In this document: piece after piece, positions 1 through 6,106 of the stretch
Numbering within the stretch: the first letter of the stretch is position 1
Layout of the letters: each line of letters begins with the position of its first letter
Source: Longivirga aurantiaca
Lineage (GTDB): Bacteria > Actinomycetota > Actinomycetes > S36-B12 > CAIYMF01
Direction: 5' to 3'
Assembly: GCF_042660085.1 (NCBI RefSeq)
Contig: NZ_JBHSTI010000006.1
Coordinates: forward strand, 1-9,694
DNA: 9,694 bases
Notes under the pieces: model-generated
Database searches by the model: none
Seen by the model: only the letters and a program-made list of their open reading frames with translations
What the model was told of the DNA's origin: nothing
Program-made: the position numbers and the translations under genes

Positions 1-860
1 CCGCGGACGATCGAGCCCTCCTCGCGGCCATCGCGTCCTACGGGGCCATCGCGCTCAACGGCCTCGCGCACCGAGGTGGCGCGGAGTCGGTGCTGGGTCG
101 ACTGATCTCGGCCACGTCCGAGCGCGATGCCGTCGAGATCCTCGAGCGTCTCGGCTGGGCTGCCGGGACCGCCGTGGTCCCCGTGGTGATCCGGTGCGAC
201 CCCGAGCTCGCCCTGACCAGTCAACGCAGCCTCGACAGCGTGACCCAGACCGTGGAGTCGGTGTTCACCGGGACGCGCGGACGCGCGATCCCGGCGACCA
301 CAGGGGTTGTCGGGGCCCTGCTGACGGTCCCCGCCGGACACGTCGATCCCGCGGCCCTCGCATCCGAGCTGCGGCACGACATCGCCGGAGCGTTGCGGGA
401 CAGGGGGCAGTCCGCCGGCGCGGCGATCGGCGTGGGGCGACCGGCCACCAGCGGGCTGGAGGTCGCGCAGGAGTTCCGATCAGCCGCCTGGGCGGCGACC
501 TGGGCCGCCCTGAGCGAGGACGGGGTCAGGATCGCCCCCGGTGGCGACCAGCGCACGACGCAGCAGCTCTTCACGCTCGAGGTCGAGCTGGCGCCCGCGG
601 TCGCCGAGCAGATCGACCGGATCGGGCGGGTCCAGGCCCACGACCTGCGCCACGGTACGGACCTGCTCGAGACGCTCGCGGTCTTCGTCCGCGAGCGCGG
701 ATCGATCCACCAGACCTCCGAGCAGCTGTTCATCCACCGCAACACCCTGCGGCAGCGCCTCACCAAGATCTCGACGCTCATGGAGCAGCCGATCGAGCGG
801 GTGGAGGACTGGGTCCCGGTGGCGCTCGCGATCCGCGTGCTCCGCTCCCGCACGCCCTGA
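1..860 (+). CDS. PucR/CdaR-family transcriptional regulator, 5'-truncated by the window edge (C-terminal part only)
   Basis: The frame of ORF 90..860 stays open back to position 3 (ADDRALLAAIASYGAIALNG...), so the GTG at 90 is probably not the true start. The C-terminus carries the PucR-type HTH (SEQLFIHRNTLRQRLTKISTLMEQPIE..EDWVPVALAIRVL). This aligns by eye with the C-terminus of the 6834..8705 protein (AEVLGIHRNTLRQRLERITAITGLDLDSADDWLPLQLAVRIV). Stop TGA is at 858-860. Confidence 0.8.
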   Translation, partial: ADDRALLAAIASYGAIALNGLAHRGGAESVLGRLISATSERDAVEILERLGWAAGTAVVPVVIRCDPELALTSQRSLDSVTQTVESVFTGTRGRAIPATTGVVGALLTVPAGHVDPAALASELRHDIAGALRDRGQSAGAAIGVGRPATSGLEVAQEFRSAAWAATWAALSEDGVRIAPGGDQRTTQQLFTLEVELAPAVAEQIDRIGRVQAHDLRHGTDLLETLAVFVRERGSIHQTSEQLFIHRNTLRQRLTKISTLMEQPIERVEDWVPVALAIRVLRSRTP

Positions 861-1096
861 GCCCGCCGCCGTACCCACCTGTCGTCGCTCGACGCCGACG
901 TCGTCGACCGTCGACGGCCACGTCCCGGTCCGGGGCGGGCGCAGGCGGTTCTGCACTGGTCCCCCCGCCGGGAGTCGACATTCTGCCCATCGTCGCCTCG
1001 GCCGCCGACGGGAAGAGTGGGGCACGTCGTAGCGCCGTCCGGAGCGCGGCGGGCCGTCGCGCCGGAACTCTGCCGGCAGCGTGGGCAGATTGACTC

Positions 1097-1125
1097 TTGA
1101 CATAGGACAAACTTTGACCTACCTT
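1097..1125 (+). promoter_or_regulatory. Candidate sigma70-type promoter of the mutase operon (-35 TTGACA 1097-1102, 17-nt spacer, -10 TACCTT 1120-1125)
   Basis: This is the only AT-rich island in an otherwise GC-rich 300-bp intergenic region. It has a perfect TTGACA hexamer, a 17-nt spacer and a TANNNT-type -10, about 35-40 nt upstream of the first operon gene. Further TTGAC copies lie at 1090-1094 and 1114-1118. Confidence 0.45.
1103..1121. promoter_or_regulatory. Candidate operator: 19-bp near-palindrome TAGGACAAA-c-TTTGACCTA overlapping the promoter spacer and -10
   Basis: Left half TAGGACAAA (1103-1111); reverse complement of the right half (1113-1121) is TAGGTCAAA. That is 8 of 9 matching positions around centre c1112. 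The position between -35 and -10 is typical of a repressor site. Confidence 0.35.
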
Positions 1126-1160
1126 GGCAGGCATACCAGCACCAGGGTCGATCGAGGAGG

Positions 1161-1568
1161 ATGGTCGTGCCAGAGGACAGGTCCGCAGCCGCGGAGGCGG
1201 TGATTCGACTCCGGCTCGCTCCGAGCGATGCGCGCTACGCGGGAGGGCTGGTCGCCGGGTCGAAGGCGATGGAGATCTTCGCCGACCTCGAGACCGAGCT
1301 GTCTCTGCTCGAGGGCGGGGACGAAGGCCTGTGCGTCGCCTACAGCTCGGTGAACTTCCTGGCACCGCTCCGTGTGGGCGACTTCGTCGAGGGCAGGGCG
1401 CACGTCGTCGAGCGCGGCAACACCAGCCGCCTCGTCGAGGCGAGTCTCTACAAGGTCGCGAGCGTGGATGACCGCGGCAGGCTGATCCCCCAGGACGGGC
1501 CGATCCTCGCCGCCACGGCGGTCGCCACGATCGTGGTGGGTCGAGGGTTCGCCGGTCAGGAGAACTGA
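1161..1568 (+). CDS. Hotdog-fold protein resembling beta-alanyl-CoA / 3-aminobutyryl-CoA ammonia-lyases (Acl/Kal type); a thioesterase is the alternative
   Basis: 135-aa ORF with high GC3. The pattern RLRL.PSDARYAGGLVAGSKAMEIFADLETEL....GDEGL.VAY..V.FLAPL.VGDFVEG.A.VVE.GNTS......YKVA matches my recollection of the Acl/Kal signature (DAHY.G.LV.G...F.D..TEL...GD..L..Y..V.FLAP..VGDF.E......GN.S). SD GAGGAGG (1154-1160) abuts ATG 1161, so the in-frame GTG at 1167 (6-nt spacing) may be the real start. Stop TGA is at 1566-1568. Confidence 0.7.
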   Translation: MVVPEDRSAAAEAVIRLRLAPSDARYAGGLVAGSKAMEIFADLETELSLLEGGDEGLCVAYSSVNFLAPLRVGDFVEGRAHVVERGNTSRLVEASLYKVASVDDRGRLIPQDGPILAATAVATIVVGRGFAGQEN

Positions 1569-1569
1569 C

Positions 1570-3060
1570 GTGGCCGGCGCCGCGAGCACCCTCGTCTCCT
1601 GGATCGGCGCTGTGGTCCGGGCCCACCCGAACGACCCCGCCGTGATCTACGAGGGTCAGACCTGGACGTACAAGGAGCTGTGGCAGCGCTCGGCCGTGAT
1701 CGCCCGGGAGCTGCTGGCGTCGGGTGTCCGCCGGGGGGAGGCGGTCGGTCTGGTCGGTGCCAACGAGGCGGTCTACATCGCCACCTACTTCGGGATCATG
1801 CGCGCCGGGGCGACGGCGGTCCCCCTCAACGCCATGCTCGATGCCGCGTCGCTGCGCGACCAGCTCGTGATCGTCGAGGCCCGTACCGTCTTCGTGGGCC
1901 TCGTCGACGCGGAGGTCCGCGACGAGCTCTCCGAGTCCTTCCGGACCCTCCCGATGGGAGGATCGGGCGAGCCGTCGCCACGATCGTCCCTGCCGGCCCT
2001 GGGATCGAGCACGCCGTGCTCGATCATGATGACGAGCGGGTCGACCGGCAGGCCGAAGGGCGCGGTCCACTCCCAGGGGACGATGCTCCACGCCGCCATG
2101 CAGCTGGGATCGGTGTTCCCGTTCGGCTCGGGTCAGCGCGGTGTCGTGTTCCTCCCGCTGTACGCCTGCATCCCGGAGCAGGTCCTCCCGATGCTCTGCA
2201 TGGGTGGTGCCCTGGAGATCCTGCCGCGCTTCGACATCGAGCGCGTGGCCGACGCGTGCTCGCGCGCGACGACCTTCGACGCGGTGCCCACGATCATGGG
2301 CCGGCTCATCGAGCATGCCCCGCTGGAGAAGCTGGCCAAGCTCGAATGGGTGCTGTTCGCCTCCGAGCCCATGCCGCCGGCGCTGCTCCACCGCTGGTGG
2401 GACGAGCTGCCCACGGTCGAGACCCACCAGTTCTACGGGATGACCGAGATCCTGCCGCTCACGGCGGCGCCTCATTGGATCCTGCGCGCCGAGCCGAGCA
2501 CGGTGGGTCGGGCCTTCCCGACCACGAGGCTCGAGGTCCAGGCGGACGATGGCTCCGGCCACTCCGATGGGCAGGGCGAGCTCGTCGGGAGCAGCCCCGC
2601 TCGGCTCCTGAGCTACTACAACGACCAGGACGCCACGGCTCGCGCACTCTCCTCGGACGGCGCCTTCCACACCGGCGACCTCGGCCGCATCGGCGATGAC
2701 GGGCTGGTCTATCTCACCGGCCGGCTCAAGGACGTCATCATCTCCGGCGGCATCAACATCGCCCCGGCGGAGATCGAGCACGTCGCCTGCAACCATCCCG
2801 ACGTCCTGTCCGCGATCGTCGTCGGGATCCCCAGCGAGCGGTGGGGGGAGACTCCGGTGGTCGTCGCCGTCGCCAAGCCAGGTCGTCGGCTGACCGCGGA
2901 CGACATCCTCGCCCACTGCCGGGACAACCTGTCCAGCTACAAGCGCCCCTCCGGTGCTGCCGTCGTCCCCACCATCCCGGTCACGGGGATCGGCAAGGCG
3001 GCCAAGTCGTCGGTCCGGCAGCAGATCATGGATGGGGTGATCCAGCTTGTTCGCGCCTGA
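1570..3060 (+). CDS. AMP-dependent acyl-CoA synthetase/ligase (ANL superfamily), probable short-chain substituted-acid CoA ligase
   Basis: 496 aa. Motifs: TSGSTGRPKG (2032-2061), FYGMTE, HTGDLGRIGDDGLVYLTGRLKDVIISGGINIAPAEIE, and C-terminal GIGKAAK with the catalytic-type Lys. The GTG start is 1 nt after the upstream stop, with AGGAG at 1558-1562 (7-nt spacing). Confidence 0.92.
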   Translation: MAGAASTLVSWIGAVVRAHPNDPAVIYEGQTWTYKELWQRSAVIARELLASGVRRGEAVGLVGANEAVYIATYFGIMRAGATAVPLNAMLDAASLRDQLVIVEARTVFVGLVDAEVRDELSESFRTLPMGGSGEPSPRSSLPALGSSTPCSIMMTSGSTGRPKGAVHSQGTMLHAAMQLGSVFPFGSGQRGVVFLPLYACIPEQVLPMLCMGGALEILPRFDIERVADACSRATTFDAVPTIMGRLIEHAPLEKLAKLEWVLFASEPMPPALLHRWWDELPTVETHQFYGMTEILPLTAAPHWILRAEPSTVGRAFPTTRLEVQADDGSGHSDGQGELVGSSPARLLSYYNDQDATARALSSDGAFHTGDLGRIGDDGLVYLTGRLKDVIISGGINIAPAEIEHVACNHPDVLSAIVVGIPSERWGETPVVVAVAKPGRRLTADDILAHCRDNLSSYKRPSGAAVVPTIPVTGIGKAAKSSVRQQIMDGVIQLVRA

Positions 3061-3976
3061 CGCCCTGCGCGCCATGGTGGAGGGCGGGAGAGCGGGCTCG
3101 TGGGGTCCGCTCGCCCGGGCCATCACCGTCGTCGAGAACAGCGCGCCGTGGGACGTGGTCATCCCGCGGGCCGAGAAGCCCGCGCACATCGTGGGGATCA
3201 CCGGGCCACCGGGGGCGGGGAAGTCGACCCTGACGGGGGCTCTCATCGCGGAGTACGCCGACGCCGGATGTCGCGTCGCCGTGCTGGCGATCGACCCGTC
3301 GAGCCCCCTGAGCGGCGGGGCCGTTCTCGGTGATCGCCTGCGGATGGAGACCCACCTGAACGGTCGGCCCGACGTCTTCGTCCGGAGCCTCGCCAGCCGG
3401 GGGACGCACGGGGCCGTCGCCGGCTCCACCCGCAACATCGCGCGGCTCCTCGAGCTCTCCGGCCTGTTCGACGTCATCCTCATCGAGACCGTGGGGGCCG
3501 GCCAGACCGAGGTCGCGATCGTCGAGGTGGCCGACACGGTCGTCCTGGTCACGGTCCCCGGGCTGGGGGATGCCGTGCAGACGATCAAGGCAGGGCTCAT
3601 GGAGGTGGCCGACATGTTCGTCGTGAACATGTCGGACCGCCCCGGAGCGGCGGAGACGGCGCGTCACCTGCGGCTCGCGGCCGGGCGCGGGAGCGCCGTG
3701 CTCCAGACGACGGCCCGCGACGGTGTCGGGGTCGACGAGGTCCGGCTCGCGCTGGACGCGCGCTGGGAGGAGCTCTCGCGGGACGCGCGGCTGGAGGAGC
3801 TCAGGGCACGCAAGTGGGGGACCGACGCGGCGCTGATCGCGGAGGCGTGGGTCGGGGCATGCGCGCACGCGCTGCCGATGGAAGACGGCCGAGGCATGGC
3901 TCAGACCGTGGACGACATCCTCAGGGATGCGTCGGAGCGGTGGCAGATTCAACGACAGGAGCGCAGTGATGACTGA
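3047..3976 (+). CDS. meaB: MeaB/ArgK-type G-protein chaperone for a B12-dependent acyl-CoA mutase
   Basis: 309 aa. P-loop GITGPPGAGKSTL (about 3194-3232). Switch I-like AIDPSSPLSGGAVLGDRLRM. Switch II ETVGAGQTE. G4-like VNMSD (3626-3637). N-terminal LARAITVVEN is typical of MeaB. The TTG start at 3047 (GGGGTGA 6 nt upstream) overlaps the ligase stop by 14 nt. In-frame ATG 3074 is an alternative start without an SD. Confidence 0.9.
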   Translation: MFAPDALRAMVEGGRAGSWGPLARAITVVENSAPWDVVIPRAEKPAHIVGITGPPGAGKSTLTGALIAEYADAGCRVAVLAIDPSSPLSGGAVLGDRLRMETHLNGRPDVFVRSLASRGTHGAVAGSTRNIARLLELSGLFDVILIETVGAGQTEVAIVEVADTVVLVTVPGLGDAVQTIKAGLMEVADMFVVNMSDRPGAAETARHLRLAAGRGSAVLQTTARDGVGVDEVRLALDARWEELSRDARLEELRARKWGTDAALIAEAWVGACAHALPMEDGRGMAQTVDDILRDASERWQIQRQERSDD

Positions 3977-5639
3977 GACCACCGACGCACGGGTCGAGGC
4001 GTGGAAGCGGGAGAACCTCGCTCGGGACTACGAACGGGTCCCACCGCGACGTGAGCGCTTCGAGACCTTGTCCGGGATCGAGGTCGACGACATCTACACG
4101 CCGGCATCGGTCAGCGGGTTCGACCCCGACCGGGATCTCGGCCTCCCCGGTCAGTACCCCTTCACCCGTGGTGTGCACGCCAGCATGTACCGCGGGCGCC
4201 CGTGGACCATCCGCCAGGTGGCCGGGTTCGGCCAGGCCGAGGACACGAACAACCGCTACAAGTACCTGCTCAAGACCGGTCAGACGGGGTTGTCGACGGA
4301 CTTCGACCTGCCGACGCTGCTCGGCTACGACTCCGATCACGAGGTCTTCCGTCGCGAGGTCGGGAAGATCGGCGTCGCCGTCGACACCGTCGTCGACATG
4401 CATGCGCTGTTCGACGGGATCCCGTTGGACCAGATCTCGACGTCGATGACCATCAACCCGACCGCGGCGATCCTGCTCGCCATGTACCGGGTGGTCGGCG
4501 ACGAGCGCGGGTACCCGGGCCATGTGCTCACCGGCACGACGCAGAACGACATCCTCAAGGAGTACACGGCTCAGAACGAGTTCATCTTCCCGCCCCTTCC
4601 CGCCGTGGAGCTCGTCGTGGACACGATGGAGTACGGGGCGGACGTCATGCCGCGCTTCAACCCGTTGAACGCCTGCGGGTATCACATCCGCGAAGCGGGC
4701 GCGACCGCGGTGGAGGAGGTGGGGCTGACCCTCAGCGCCGCCCTGTGCTACCTCGAGCACGCGGTGGCGCGCGGCATCGACGTGGACCGGCTGGCCCCGC
4801 GGGTCTCGTTCTTCTGGGACGTCCACAACAACTTCTTCGAGGAGGCGGCGAAGCTGCGGGCCGCTCGGCGGCTCTGGGCGCGTCTCATGCGGGAGCGGCT
4901 CAACTGCAAGGACCCGAAGTCGTGGCTGATGCGTGCCCACTGCCAGACCGCCGGGGTGTCGCTGACCGCTCAGCAGCCGTACAACAACGTGGCGCGGACT
5001 GCGCTCCAGGCGATGGCAGCCGTGCTGGGCGGGACGCAGTCCCTCCACACCAACTCCCTCGACGAGGCGCTGTCCATCCCGTCGGAGAGCGCGATCAAGA
5101 TCGCGGTCCGGACGCAGCAGATCATCCTCCACGAGACGGGTGTCGCCGATGTCGTCGATCCCCTCGCCGGTTCCTACTTCGTCGAGGCGCTCACCACGCA
5201 GATCGAGGAGGAGGCCCTCGCGCTGATCGAGCGCATCGACGCGATGGGCGGGATGATCCAGGCCGTCGAGTCGGGGTACGCCGGTCAGCTCATCGCCGAC
5301 TCGGCGTGGGAGCAGCAGGTCCGGCTCGAGAGCAACGAGCAGATCCAGGTGGGCGTGAACGACTTCGTGGACGAGGGCGAGCAGCAGCAGATCGAGATCG
5401 ACCGTCCGATCCCGGGGGTCATGGAGCGCCAGATGCAGCGGCTCGCCGACGTCAAGCGCTCGCGCGAGCAGAAGCGCGTGACGGAGACGCTTCGCGCCAT
5501 CGAGTCCGCCGCACCGAACCTGCACACCAACCTGATGCCGCTCATCGAGGACGCCGTGCGCGCTCGTGCCTCCGTCGGGGAGATCTCCGACGTCCTCCGG
5601 GGCACCTGGGGCCAGTACCAGCCCTCAACCGTCTTCTAG
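3969..5639 (+). CDS. Adenosylcobalamin-dependent acyl-CoA mutase, large (substrate-binding TIM-barrel) subunit; 2-hydroxyisobutyryl-CoA mutase (HcmA)-like
   Basis: Hallmarks of the methylmalonyl-CoA mutase family: [109 protein letters not shown] chose ATG 3969 (AGGAG 3957-3961, 7-nt spacing; 8-nt overlap with the meaB-like stop) over the track's 3927. This gives 556 aa. Stop TAG is at 5637-5639. Confidence 0.93.
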   Translation: MTETTDARVEAWKRENLARDYERVPPRRERFETLSGIEVDDIYTPASVSGFDPDRDLGLPGQYPFTRGVHASMYRGRPWTIRQVAGFGQAEDTNNRYKYLLKTGQTGLSTDFDLPTLLGYDSDHEVFRREVGKIGVAVDTVVDMHALFDGIPLDQISTSMTINPTAAILLAMYRVVGDERGYPGHVLTGTTQNDILKEYTAQNEFIFPPLPAVELVVDTMEYGADVMPRFNPLNACGYHIREAGATAVEEVGLTLSAALCYLEHAVARGIDVDRLAPRVSFFWDVHNNFFEEAAKLRAARRLWARLMRERLNCKDPKSWLMRAHCQTAGVSLTAQQPYNNVARTALQAMAAVLGGTQSLHTNSLDEALSIPSESAIKIAVRTQQIILHETGVADVVDPLAGSYFVEALTTQIEEEALALIERIDAMGGMIQAVESGYAGQLIADSAWEQQVRLESNEQIQVGVNDFVDEGEQQQIEIDRPIPGVMERQMQRLADVKRSREQKRVTETLRAIESAAPNLHTNLMPLIEDAVRARASVGEISDVLRGTWGQYQPSTVF

Positions 5640-5664
5640 TCCAGCAACCGAGGAGATCACTGAC

Positions 5665-6102
5665 ATGGAAACCCCCTCTGGGACGAGGTCCGCCCCGCTC
5701 AAGGTCGTCGTGGCCAAGCCGGGCCTGGACGGGCACGACCGTGGCGCCAAGGTCGTGGCGCGGGCGCTGCGCGACGCCGGGATGGAGGTCGTCTACACCG
5801 GCATCTACCAGACCCCCGAGTCGATCATGCGCGCGGTCATCCAGGAGGACGCCGACGTCCTCGGTCTGTCGAGCCTCTCGGGCGCCCATCTCGAGTACGG
5901 CGAGGAGCTCGGCCGGCTCCTCAAGGAGAACGACAGGGCCGACGTGCTCTTCGTGGCCGGCGGGACGATCCCGCCCGAGGACGCGGCGGTGCTCAAGGAG
6001 CACGGCGTGCACGAGGTCTTCGGCCCCGGCACGCCGACCACGACCCTGGTCGAGTACGTGCGGCAGTACGCGCGGAACGTGTCCGCGATCCCCCGGGGGT
6101 AG
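5665..6102 (+). CDS. Acyl-CoA mutase small subunit, cobalamin-binding (Rossmann-like B12 domain; HcmB/IcmB-like)
   Basis: 145 aa from ATG 5665 (GAGGAG 5650-5655). DxHxxG base-off/His-on motif LDGHDRG (5728-5745, His codon 5734-5736), followed by SSLSG and VAGGTIP. The N-terminal 33 codons of track ORF 5566..6102 are Pro/Ser-rich, overlap the end of the large subunit and are unlikely to be coding. Confidence 0.92.
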   Translation: METPSGTRSAPLKVVVAKPGLDGHDRGAKVVARALRDAGMEVVYTGIYQTPESIMRAVIQEDADVLGLSSLSGAHLEYGEELGRLLKENDRADVLFVAGGTIPPEDAAVLKEHGVHEVFGPGTPTTTLVEYVRQYARNVSAIPRG

Positions 6103-6106
6103 TCGA

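Noticed and set aside
940-1085. Possible adenosylcobalamin riboswitch (fragments such as GCACTGG, CGGGAAGAGTGG and GCCGGAACTCTGCC, vaguely like GCCACTG, GGGAA and the B12 box)
   Set aside because: The matches are short and need gaps, and the conserved core (GGTG..AA..CC, CCCGC.ACTGT) is not recognisable. The segment lies upstream of the best promoter. B12 riboswitches normally control B12 synthesis, uptake or B12-independent isozymes, not B12-dependent enzymes. An Infernal scan would settle it.
194-1103. Overlapping ORFs 194..1093(+), 221..853(-), 480..1103(-) and 541..1032(+)
   Set aside because: All are alternative or antisense frames of the PucR-family gene that run into the GC-rich spacer. 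Their translations are Arg/Pro/Ser-rich without motifs.
1125-1141. Sigma54-like TGGCAG-N-..CAGCA element
   Set aside because: The GG-to-GC spacing is off by one from the -24/-12 consensus and the -12 TTGC is absent. High-GC actinobacteria generally lack RpoN.
1119-1589. 156-aa minus-strand ORF opposite the hotdog gene
   Set aside because: It is antisense to a high-GC3, motif-bearing plus-strand ORF and spans the promoter and SD region. Its translation has no recognisable domain.
778-3630. 950-aa minus-strand ORF, the longest in the track
   Set aside because: The translation is Arg/Pro/Ala/Gly-rich low complexity with no recognisable motifs. It lies antisense to three motif-rich plus-strand genes (hotdog, ligase, MeaB-like). 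This is a typical stop-codon-poor shadow frame in high-GC DNA.
3927-3968. Track start (3927) for the mutase large subunit
   Set aside because: The 14 extra codons (MRRSGGRFNDRSAV) lie inside the end of the MeaB-like gene and have no SD. ATG 3969 has AGGAG 7 nt upstream and gives an N-terminus of typical length.
3921-5525. 534-aa minus-strand ORF
   Set aside because: It is antisense to the strongly supported mutase large subunit. It has an Asp/Leu/Arg/Val-rich mirror composition and no family motifs, so it is a shadow ORF.
5566-5664. Track start (5566) for the B12-binding small subunit
   Set aside because: The 33 extra codons are Pro/Ser-rich and overlap the 3' end of the large subunit. ATG 5665 is preceded by GAGGAG and gives the usual ~145-aa B12 domain.
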